From: a virus | Lineage: Duplodnaviria > Caudoviricetes | Length of the DNA: 59,022 nt | IMG/VR virus record: IMGVR_UViG_3300021425_000040 | Coordinates: 1-59,022 of that record | Strand: one strand, 5' to 3' | Part shown: piece by piece, positions 19,374-26,394 of the stretch | Layout of the letters: every line of letters begins with the position of its first letter | How positions within the stretch are numbered: the first letter of the stretch is position 1 | Notes under the pieces: model-generated | Seen by the model: only the letters and a program-made list of their open reading frames with translations | The model's database searches: none | Told to the model about the DNA's origin: nothing | Position numbers and translations under genes: made by a program

Positions 19374-19469
19374 TATCAAGGGGTTAGGCGGCGGGGCCCA
19401 CAACCTGCTAAACTATTGAAAACAAACACTTTTTTTACTATTGCAGAAACATTTTAAAACTGATACTAA
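19374..19469 (+). repeat. Cassette element R6
   Basis: TATCAAGGGGTTA-22 bp core-TAAACTATTGAAA; TTGCAG at 19441, 17 bp, TACTAA. Confidence 0.8.
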
Positions 19470-19486
19470 TAATTAAAGGAGATAAT

Positions 19487-19696
19487 ATGGCTAGAAGAGT
19501 TGAATGGAAGGCTATCGGTAAATGTAAAGTTTGTGGCATAAATTTATATGCTGAGACTGACAATAAACCTCATAAGATTGCTATGCCTTGCAATCTAGGA
19601 GGTTGCCCTTATGAAACACCAGAACAGCAGCAAAGCGCTGATGAATTTTGGAGATCACTACCACCAGCAGGAAAAGGAATAACTTATTATGAATAA
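19487..19696 (+). CDS. Small zinc-binding hypothetical protein
   Basis: CKVC...PCNLGGCP; SD AAAGGAG. Confidence 0.65.
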   Translation: MARRVEWKAIGKCKVCGINLYAETDNKPHKIAMPCNLGGCPYETPEQQQSADEFWRSLPPAGKGITYYE

Positions 19697-19898
19697 ACAC
19701 TCAAATACATATAAAGAATGGTTTGCAGAAGTCGATCGTATCTTAGAACGTTCTATAGGCTTAGGGCAGGACTGTCTAGCAGACTGGCTAAGTCGAGACG
19801 CTTATAATGATGGTCTTAGCGCAGAAGAAGGTGCAGCTCTTTGCCTAGAAGCTCAAGACTTAATGAATGACGATGAGATATCAGAATTATTAAGTTAA
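19689..19898 (+). CDS. Small acidic hypothetical protein
   Basis: 69 aa, coupled to the upstream gene. The stop codon abuts R7. Confidence 0.65.
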   Translation: MNKHSNTYKEWFAEVDRILERSIGLGQDCLADWLSRDAYNDGLSAEEGAALCLEAQDLMNDDEISELLS

Positions 19899-19983
19899 AT
19901 CAGGGGCTTAGGCCCCGAGGCGCCCTGGCTCCTAACTTATTGATTTCATTGATCTTTTTCTCTCTTGACACAACTTAAAGTTG
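19898..19983 (+). repeat. Cassette element R7 (last copy, no downstream gene)
   Basis: AATCAGGGGCTTA-22 bp core-TAACTTATTGATT; TTGACA at 19965 but no usable -10. Confidence 0.75.
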
Positions 19984-20007
19984 AATGAGGCGCCCTAGGC
20001 GCCGCCT

Positions 20008-20036
20008 ATAGTAGTAGTTCAACAACCCGGATGCAA
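20008..20036 (-). promoter_or_regulatory. Leftward sigma70-type promoter with no downstream ORF
   Basis: TTGCAT-17 bp-TACTAT on the minus strand. Confidence 0.55.
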
Positions 20037-20172
20037 GTAGAAAAACAATTTAAGCTGCACCCAAACGTAAGTCTACTTTAGTTTTAGCACCAGGCCAAGT
20101 AGTAGTTCAACTATCATATTTCGTGGACCATAGTAGGCATTCGAAGTAATTATTTAATAGTCTAGCGCCACT

Positions 20173-20202
20173 ATTATAGTGGAAAAACTATAGCGTTGTC
20201 AA
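20173..20202 (-). promoter_or_regulatory. Leftward consensus sigma70 promoter with no downstream ORF
   Basis: TTGACA-18 bp-TATAAT on the minus strand. Confidence 0.65.
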
Positions 20203-20288
20203 GCGCAAATTAGCTGTGTCCGCTCGTCAAAGTCAAGTCACATAAAAAAACAGAGAGCAGCATAGAAGCAGAAGATTCATCTTTCTTC

Positions 20289-20317
20289 TTGCTTACTTGC
20301 TGTTTTTATCGTATATT
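20289..20317 (+). promoter_or_regulatory. Promoter of A2 paralogue 3
   Basis: TTGCTT-17 bp-TATATT. Confidence 0.65.
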
Positions 20318-20388
20318 GATTATGTTGATGAGGGAAATGAGCGCCTCGAACCAGCTCAGAAGCCAATTATATAGAAAGAGGTTCAAAT

Positions 20389-20706
20389 ATGGCTAACACT
20401 ACAGTAAACTACACAGACGCACAAGTAGAAATGATTGTTGAAATGTACAACGAGCTAGGCAATGACGGTCTTGAAGAAATCGCATCTGCTGTTAGCAAGT
20501 CAGTACGGTCAGTTCGGTCAAAGCTGGTGCGCGAAGGTGTTTATGTTGCTACACCTAAAGCCAAGGCAGCTCCAAAAGATATGGGTCCTTCGAAGAAGGA
20601 ACTGTTGAATAACTTGGAGCAAATTGTAGGCTTTGATGTCACCGGCTTCACCGGTGCTACTAAGCCCGCGCTGGCTACGCTTATTGAAAAGCTGCAAGCT
20701 GCCTAA
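20389..20706 (+). CDS. A2: T5 A2-like DNA-binding protein, paralogue 3
   Basis: GLEEIASAVSKSVRSVRSKLVREGVYVATPK; SD GAGG. Confidence 0.75.
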   Translation: MANTTVNYTDAQVEMIVEMYNELGNDGLEEIASAVSKSVRSVRSKLVREGVYVATPKAKAAPKDMGPSKKELLNNLEQIVGFDVTGFTGATKPALATLIEKLQAA

Positions 20707-20728
20707 GCGTGGTGCAACATGAACACAC

Positions 20729-20756
20729 GGGGGGCCTTCGGGCCCCCTTATCTTTT
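20729..20756 (+). terminator. Hairpin with a cUUCGg tetraloop (terminator)
   Basis: GGGGGCC-TTCG-GGCCCCC followed by TTATCTTTT. Confidence 0.8.
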
Positions 20757-20779
20757 AATGGCTAAAAAAAGGAATAATC

Positions 20780-21196
20780 ATGCAAGGTTTGATCGAATCT
20801 GATAATTATATTAAATGTGGACACTGCAACTATGCTCACACTTATGGTGAGCGTCTAGATACAGGTTATGACGTTGTATGTCCTAACTGTCAATCTGATG
20901 CTTCTACTGAAGATTTAGATGATGAACAAAAGTACTATTGGTGGAGTGTTGGTATATATTCAACAGGCGAGAACTACGGAGGCCCCGAAGAGGGCGGCTG
21001 GTGGTACACAGCAGGTAACCTAGAGCATCATGATAAAGTTCGTAGCTTTTATTCGCTAAAACAAGCTCAAGAATATGCTGTAGAACTACGTAATTGGTTA
21101 ACAGAACATACTAATGGACTAGATTATGTAATAAAAGGGTTTACAGAACAGTTTCCTGATGATGGATTTCCTAAAGTAAGACCACGTTATTGCTAA
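20780..21196 (+). CDS. Hypothetical phage protein with a Zn ribbon and YGGPEEGGWWY motif
   Basis: CGHC...CPNC; 138 aa; SD AAGGA. Confidence 0.7.
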   Translation: MQGLIESDNYIKCGHCNYAHTYGERLDTGYDVVCPNCQSDASTEDLDDEQKYYWWSVGIYSTGENYGGPEEGGWWYTAGNLEHHDKVRSFYSLKQAQEYAVELRNWLTEHTNGLDYVIKGFTEQFPDDGFPKVRPRYC

Positions 21197-21203
21197 AAAC
21201 GAG

Positions 21204-21234
21204 AAAAAGGAGCCCTTTTGAGGCTCCTTTTTTT
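21204..21234. terminator. Bidirectional terminator closing the plus-strand island
   Basis: AAAAAGGAGCC-loop-GGCTCCTTTTTTT. Confidence 0.85.
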
Positions 21235-21610
21235 ATTTAATCTTAAAAACCAGTAAAAATCGGTAAAAAAGCTTGCGCTTCACGAAAAATACCAGAAAAA
21301 TTGAAATAATACTTGCTTGGCAAAATAATTGAATAATTCTAGTTAAAAATCAACGTCTTTCTCTGGTAGTATTAAAATTATAATAACTAGAAAAAAGACA
21401 GAGCTTTCCCATTTAATAAGTTATACGGAGAAAAAATGAAAGCTAACCCCCTAACGAAATCTTCGTTTCGAGCGTACTGCCTTACCCCGCGTACTTTCCC
21501 CTCAGTCTCCGCTAATGAGATCGTTGTCTCTAGCCTATGAGCGCTTAAGTTGCCTAAGAATCTTTAGAATTAACCTTAGAATCTTTAGAATTGCGCTTTA
21601 TTCTTTTGAA

Positions 21611-21676
21611 TTAGAGAGGTTGTAGAATAATAATTGCAAGAAGTAAAACTATATAAATAATCCATTCTGTATTCAT
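21611..21676 (-). CDS. Putative 21-aa hydrophobic peptide
   Basis: MNTEWIIYIVLLLAIIILQPL, with candidate promoter TTGACT-16-TAATAT at 21721-21694. Confidence 0.4.
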   Translation of the reverse strand: MNTEWIIYIVLLLAIIILQPL

Positions 21677-21724
21677 TATTAACTCATGTAACTATATTAG
21701 CATAATTTGCATTAAAGTCAAGTA

Positions 21725-21837
21725 GTCATTGAGCGATAAGTTTGATATGTTTAATTTTCAGCATTGAGAATATGAAAATTAAGCAGTTGGCACTTGTTAC
21801 ATATAGGTAAGCGCTGTACATTTTATCGCTCAATGAC
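21725..21837. repeat. Perfect 15-bp inverted repeat with an 83-bp spacer
   Basis: GTCATTGAGCGATAA (21725-21739) and TTATCGCTCAATGAC (21823-21837). Confidence 0.85.
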
Positions 21838-21850
21838 AGGTTAGACTTAG

Positions 21851-21970
21851 TTAATCTACGTGCTCATATGCTAGCGTTAGCCAATGCTTTGTTACATCTT
21901 GAACTAAATAAAGAGCACAGCAACAGGCAATAATAGCTATAGCAGTAGTATAGTTGTTAGGCAGATTCAT
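21851..21970 (-). CDS. Small membrane peptide (39 aa)
   Basis: SD GGAG; MNLPNNYTTAIAIIACCCALYLVQDVTKHWLTLAYEHVD. Confidence 0.5.
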   Translation of the reverse strand: MNLPNNYTTAIAIIACCCALYLVQDVTKHWLTLAYEHVD

Positions 21971-22196
21971 TAAAAACTCCTTCTAGTGATTGACTTATCA
22001 TATAATCAATAGCATCTAGTCTACCTTGTGCGGCAGCCATAGCATCTAGCTGATATTGAATGCTTTCTGCAATGCCTGAATGCTCTCCAATACCAGTACT
22101 AGAATTTAAATAGATGTTTACATTAAGTGCTGCAACATCTAATTCTGATTGAGCATGGTTTCTAAGTGTGTTAAGTATCTGTGTGTTCAATATCAT
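21957..22196 (-). CDS. Conserved phage hypothetical protein
   Basis: 79 aa with the IYLN..GIGEHS motif; SD AAGGAG. Confidence 0.7.
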   Translation of the reverse strand: MILNTQILNTLRNHAQSELDVAALNVNIYLNSSTGIGEHSGIAESIQYQLDAMAAAQGRLDAIDYMISQSLEGVFNESA

Positions 22197-22521
22197 TCTC
22201 CTTTGGTGTAAAAATGTCTACAATGCTACGTCTAATAACTTGATCGCCAATGCAATATCCTCGCGTATGCGTTTTGCAAACTGCGTCACGATCACAGTCG
22301 CTTTTAGGATATACATTGTGAATTTCATGACGATCAGGATCAAACCACAATCCACGATCATCATATGAGTTTAGCCCCCTACTTTGCAGTGCTGATGCTA
22401 TGGCCTCTACAGTAGCACGATAAGTTGCATTATCATAATATTCTAATAGGGCTATAAGTTCATCTAGTGCGGGTAACAGCTCCTGGATCAAATCTGCTGT
22501 ATCTGATGTTAAGTTTTTCAT
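22171..22521 (-). CDS. grpE: GrpE-like protein lacking the long N-terminal helix
   Basis: LLPALDEL, G..FDPDRHE and RGY.IGDQVIR.S.V.I correspond to GrpE motifs LLPV.DNL, FDP..HEA and KGY.L.DRV.RPA.V.V. Confidence 0.7.
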   Translation of the reverse strand: MKNLTSDTADLIQELLPALDELIALLEYYDNATYRATVEAIASALQSRGLNSYDDRGLWFDPDRHEIHNVYPKSDCDRDAVCKTHTRGYCIGDQVIRRSIVDIFTPKENDIEHTDT

Positions 22522-23023
22522 ATCTATGCTCTCCTAGTTGTGGAAGTTTAGCCAGTTCGTCTTGAGTAACTATTACTGCTCGTCCATGCTTTTCCATCCA
22601 TTCAACTAGTGTATCATAATCCATACCATCTAGCAAGAGAGTTTTAACTGTTTTTAGTGGGTGTGGATGTTCTACAGAGAAAAAACGTTTTGAGTTGCTG
22701 TGACGAAGATCACAAGTTTTGCGGTGTGTGCTTTGACGATTAGAAAGGTATAGCGCTTGTGCCTCTTCAGTCCAAAGTAAACACCACTGAATACAACTTC
22801 CAGTATTATTATGAACACGAGTAGTTTCTGAACTTAGTATATCACTAGCGGCGCGTAGTGCACGATCTACCATCTGCAGCTTATAGCTACGTCTAAGAGG
22901 TTGTTGAGCGCAGTACCAAGCTATTTGAAGTAGTGTGGTATATTGAGTTCTCCAGCAATCTAGTGATGACATGCTAAAACCACTCTTCTGGATGCGGGCT
23001 ACTTCTGTGTAGGCGTGCGGCAC
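22460..23023 (-). CDS. Hypothetical protein (start may be 22972)
   Basis: 187-aa ORF. A VEHPHP motif weakly suggests a degenerate His-Me nuclease. Confidence 0.55.
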   Translation of the reverse strand: MPHAYTEVARIQKSGFSMSSLDCWRTQYTTLLQIAWYCAQQPLRRSYKLQMVDRALRAASDILSSETTRVHNNTGSCIQWCLLWTEEAQALYLSNRQSTHRKTCDLRHSNSKRFFSVEHPHPLKTVKTLLLDGMDYDTLVEWMEKHGRAVIVTQDELAKLPQLGEHRYEKLNIRYSRFDPGAVTRTR

Positions 23024-23231
23024 GTTGCGCTGAGTGTTCAGAAACTATAGGAGCCGTACATCTTTCTATAGGCTGTCCTTCACTACGATCGATCCAAATA
23101 CCACAACCATACTTAATAAATGATGCTGCGGCATCGCCATAGCTCATTGTGCCTACAGCGCTATCAGGTACATCATGCATCTCTCCAATATCCCACGGCT
23201 CTCCGCAATATGAACAATAAATATCAGGCAT
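22974..23231 (-). CDS. Hypothetical protein with a C..CGEPWD motif
   Basis: 85 aa in the early operon. Confidence 0.65.
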   Translation of the reverse strand: MPDIYCSYCGEPWDIGEMHDVPDSAVGTMSYGDAAASFIKYGCGIWIDRSEGQPIERCTAPIVSEHSAQRAARLHRSSPHPEEWF

Positions 23232-23403
23232 TAGGATGACATCCTTCGGTTATATCTGGATAACCATTGCATGCTAGCATATCTGCAACATCATCTTGGC
23301 TCATATAGCACAGTGCAGCACGTAGCATATCTTCTATATCATATTCACGGTCTAAGCACAGTTCTAGCGCATAGTCTCTATAATCTTTAACTGCAAACGT
23401 CAT
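23224..23403 (-). CDS. Hypothetical protein (59 aa)
   Basis: MTFAVKDYRDY...YMSQDDVADML...; fills the gap between coupled ORFs. Confidence 0.6.
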   Translation of the reverse strand: MTFAVKDYRDYALELCLDREYDIEDMLRAALCYMSQDDVADMLACNGYPDITEGCHPNA

Positions 23404-23684
23404 CGAACAGGCAGCGGCGTAGTGTTAACGCTATCATGATAGTCGCCTGACTCATAGTAGTCACGCGAAGCACAATGTTTAATCATCATGCCGTTGTACA
23501 TTCTATAGCTAATAATTTCTCTGCGCACAACGCCTGCAACGTCTGCACAAAATGCTTCTTCAAAAGGCCCTTCAGTAGTCATTCTCATATAGTCTCCTGC
23601 TGTTGTAAATTTTAAATCGCCCATACCATTAACTGATTGATAGCTTGGATATCCTTTTTCATATACTGGTGGTGGTTTATTCAT
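23400..23684 (-). CDS. Hypothetical protein
   Basis: ORF track gives 23400-23750; SD GGAG favours the ATG at 23684. Confidence 0.6.
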   Translation of the reverse strand: MNKPPPVYEKGYPSYQSVNGMGDLKFTTAGDYMRMTTEGPFEEAFCADVAGVVRREIISYRMYNGMMIKHCASRDYYESGDYHDSVNTTPLPVR

Positions 23685-24108
23685 GCTCTCCATCCTTAGA
23701 ACGACCGCTATAGCGCGTAAATAGATTTGGACGACGTTTAGCTGTTTCAAAAGTAGCTACAGTGATAGCTGTAGCGGCAAGTAACAGTGCATGAGCTATC
23801 ATACTAATCACTCCGGCATACATGCTTCCCACAAAAATACCAAATACAATACACCACATCCATGCAAGAGTTTGCATAATCATATGTCGTGTATTTAAAT
23901 CTGGAATAGCTCGTAGTGGATTAATGCTATGATCCATTACTCCATTCCAACAATTGTATACCCATTCTCTCATTGATCGTACCTTTCTAAATGTTACTTT
24001 TTGTGCGTAGTGCGCATCTAAATGATCTCTATACTCTGTAGCATCGCTCAAACTATAAAACAGTTCAACTATTTTTTTAGAACGAAATAGAGCTGTTACT
24101 TTGTACAT
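23677..24108 (-). CDS. Membrane hypothetical protein
   Basis: Two TM segments and the NPLR.IPD...RH..MQ.LAWMWC motif. Confidence 0.7.
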   Translation of the reverse strand: MYKVTALFRSKKIVELFYSLSDATEYRDHLDAHYAQKVTFRKVRSMREWVYNCWNGVMDHSINPLRAIPDLNTRHMIMQTLAWMWCIVFGIFVGSMYAGVISMIAHALLLAATAITVATFETAKRRPNLFTRYSGRSKDGEHE

Positions 24109-24326
24109 GATTTATCCTTTTTTATGCTTGCTAAAATATCTTTTGCTATTGCATCAACTTCAGGATCTACCCAGCTGCTATTTTGCTGTAGATAGTTAAA
24201 TTGAGGATTTTCAGTTAAAAACTCACGCATTGCTGCACGACACTCAGCTAGTTTTTGTTCTATATCAGATATTTCTTCTTCAAGAGTTTGAGTATCTGCG
24301 AACAGTGCTTTCAGTAAGTATATCAT
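24096..24326 (-). CDS. Hypothetical protein
   Basis: 76 aa, coupled ORF. Confidence 0.5.
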   Translation of the reverse strand: MIYLLKALFADTQTLEEEISDIEQKLAECRAAMREFLTENPQFNYLQQNSSWVDPEVDAIAKDILASIKKDKSCTK

Positions 24327-24492
24327 TTAACCAATTTTCTGCAGCACTAGTAACATAACTCCAACTTTTATTGGGATAAGATATTATTCCAACCAACTCA
24401 TTGTTGTTATAAAACTGTGCTACAAACTCCTCATCTACTAGCTCAATGCTAACAGATTTATTATTTTTTTCAAAAGTTTTTGCTTCAAACAT
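24280..24492 (-). CDS. Hypothetical protein
   Basis: 70 aa; SWSYVTSAAENW motif. Confidence 0.6.
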   Translation of the reverse strand: MFEAKTFEKNNKSVSIELVDEEFVAQFYNNNELVGIISYPNKSWSYVTSAAENWLNDILTESTVRRYSNS

Positions 24493-24581
24493 CTTAAATC
24501 CATATTGAAGTTATTGTTACATTTGGTACGCTTACATAGAAGTGATGTACCAAAAGCATAAAGCAGGCTGCAGGTGTAAAA

Positions 24582-25103
24582 TCAAGATTCAACATGCTTA
24601 CTAACATAAACAGAGTTTCCATCGAAACTATAATTCAAAGTATCTCCTTCATACCATCCTAGTTCTTGAAGAAGAGGGCCTGGAAGATTTACTAAACCAC
24701 CCTCAAGCACTTCAGTTTCCCAAACTCCTGAGTTACTCATAGCACAAGGGCCTAGTTCAGAAGATATTATGCGATATATAGGATATAGCTCATCAAACGA
24801 GTAAAGCTCTGTTTGTCCTGTGCCTTGAGTTCCTTTAACTTTAAATTGTTCTAGCAAAGGCTTAAGTGCTGCTTCTGCTTTATGAGTAGCTTCTTTATCT
24901 TTTAAAGGCCAAAAATATAAAAACCACCAATTAGCTCCTCCTTGACTTCTACCTCGTTGAATAGCTTTAACATTAACAGTACGTCCTACTTTAATATCTG
25001 CATAGGTACCTTTAATTTCTTGTACACCCATGTAAATTCCAAAAGTTTCAGAGTCTCTCTTACGCAAGGTGTGTTCAATCTGATCTGCAGTAAATAGTTT
25101 CAT
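24582..25103 (-). CDS. GIY-YIG/T5orf172-like domain fused to an AbrB/MazE-like DNA-binding domain
   Basis: N-terminal GIY...IKVGRT...R...E; C-terminal LVNLPGPLLQELGWYEGDTLNY swapped-hairpin signature. Confidence 0.6.
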   Translation of the reverse strand: MKLFTADQIEHTLRKRDSETFGIYMGVQEIKGTYADIKVGRTVNVKAIQRGRSQGGANWWFLYFWPLKDKEATHKAEAALKPLLEQFKVKGTQGTGQTELYSFDELYPIYRIISSELGPCAMSNSGVWETEVLEGGLVNLPGPLLQELGWYEGDTLNYSFDGNSVYVSKHVES

Positions 25104-25394
25104 TTATCGCCTCATTGAGGCTGCATCAACAGCTGCTTGAGGGTTATCACGACGAACAGGCATAAGATTAGACTTATGAGTAGTTACAATACCTGCAATT
25201 TCGTTGCCTGTATATTTAACCGCACTCCGTGCAGTACCATTTTCAGGTACAGCGTTAGAGCTAATAACTTGACTACGATTTTCACGGTAGTTTGGAATAG
25301 AATGAACACTGCGTTTTCCACCGGTGCCACGAACACCAAGGCGAGAAAGATATTGTTCATGCTCTGCTCGAGCTTTAGCTAATCTACGATTCAT
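25104..25394 (-). CDS. Conserved phage hypothetical protein
   Basis: YTG...GI.T.HKSN.MPV motif; 96 aa. Confidence 0.65.
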   Translation of the reverse strand: MNRRLAKARAEHEQYLSRLGVRGTGGKRSVHSIPNYRENRSQVISSNAVPENGTARSAVKYTGNEIAGIVTTHKSNLMPVRRDNPQAAVDAASMRR

Positions 25395-25621
25395 TGGTCT
25401 GCAAACCTTCCCATTGTTGTTTTAAATTCTTGTGCATGATGCCGCAGCTCAAAGTGAAAGCTATGTTCATACACATCTGTCCATGTGGTAACACTCCACT
25501 GATGTCGTTCACAAACACGACTGCAAAATGTTTTACCTCGATCTACTAAGTCACTATGTAATCTTACCACATATCCAGGCTTCCAAGCAAGCTTATATTC
25601 AAATTGTTCTTGAGGAGTCAT
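25391..25621 (-). CDS. Hypothetical protein
   Basis: 76 aa, coupled ORF. Confidence 0.65.
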   Translation of the reverse strand: MTPQEQFEYKLAWKPGYVVRLHSDLVDRGKTFCSRVCERHQWSVTTWTDVYEHSFHFELRHHAQEFKTTMGRFADQ

Positions 25622-25917
25622 GCAAGTATGTCACTAGAAGTATCTCTCCAATTACGAATATGAGCAATCTTTCGCTCACGAGACCAACCAGCTAGATAAT
25701 CATTTTCTTTGTCAAATAGTTGTAACAGCTCATCTTCTGAAATAGTAGCAGTATCAATAATAACCTCTCCTAAATCTTCTTGACTAAACTCATTAAGCTC
25801 GGCACTAGTTACTGAATCTCTAATCCAAACATCTGGATCACAAGTAGCTACTTCTGTTGGCACTACATACTTAATTCTAAACTGTTGAATAGCAGTGCAA
25901 ATAGTATATTCACTCAT
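25618..25917 (-). CDS. Hypothetical protein
   Basis: 99 aa, EFSQEDLGEVI motif, coupled ORF. Confidence 0.65.
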   Translation of the reverse strand: MSEYTICTAIQQFRIKYVVPTEVATCDPDVWIRDSVTSAELNEFSQEDLGEVIIDTATISEDELLQLFDKENDYLAGWSRERKIAHIRNWRDTSSDILA

Positions 25918-26186
25918 TTATACATCTTTCTATAATTACAATATTTAATCCAAAACTCATATATACCATAGCTTAGTAGCGGCCCAATAAAAGGTACAAA
26001 AAAAGCATTTAACATAAACCAGGCATATATAATTGCCAGTGCTATGTCTATATAAGTTATCATTCGTCAGACAGATCTGTGTTAGTAAATCTAATCAACA
26101 GAGTTCCATCAGCAAAGTCTTCTGCTACTTCCCAATCTACAATTCCTTGGTCTATAACAGTATCTAACCACTTAAAAAAATCTTCT

Positions 26187-26384
26187 CTAGTCATTGTAGT
26201 TCGCCTTTACTATATAAGAAGAGTCAGTATTAACTGTTTGATTCTTTTTCATTTCTTCTACTTCAAGAGCATGCATAAAAGACTCGTTCTTCATCAACTG
26301 GTCAATAACTTTTTCCCAATCTTGAATTTTACCTTCAAGATATTGAATACGACGATCTAAAAAATTTAACTGATAATCACTCAT
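26187..26384 (-). CDS. Coiled-coil hypothetical protein
   Basis: ORF track gives 26187-26486; SD AAGGAG favours the start at MSDYQL. Confidence 0.55.
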   Translation of the reverse strand: MSDYQLNFLDRRIQYLEGKIQDWEKVIDQLMKNESFMHALEVEEMKKNQTVNTDSSYIVKANYND

Positions 26385-26394
26385 TATACTCTCC

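Noticed and set aside
15221-19945. Box elements as a CRISPR array (conserved flanks with variable 22-bp cores)
   Set aside because: The flanks are inverted rather than direct repeats, the units are separated by whole genes, the cores resemble each other, and there are no cas genes.
15221-19945. Box elements as true integron attC sites or Xer dif sites
   Set aside because: No RYYYAAC/GTTRRRY ends, no 11-6-11 dif geometry and no tyrosine recombinase in the window. The integron comparison is only an analogy.
20324-20365. Known riboswitch (preQ1, SAM-II, SAM-V) in the A2-3 leader
   Set aside because: The pseudoknot topology is similar, but the ligand-binding consensus nucleotides are not evident and the downstream gene is unrelated.
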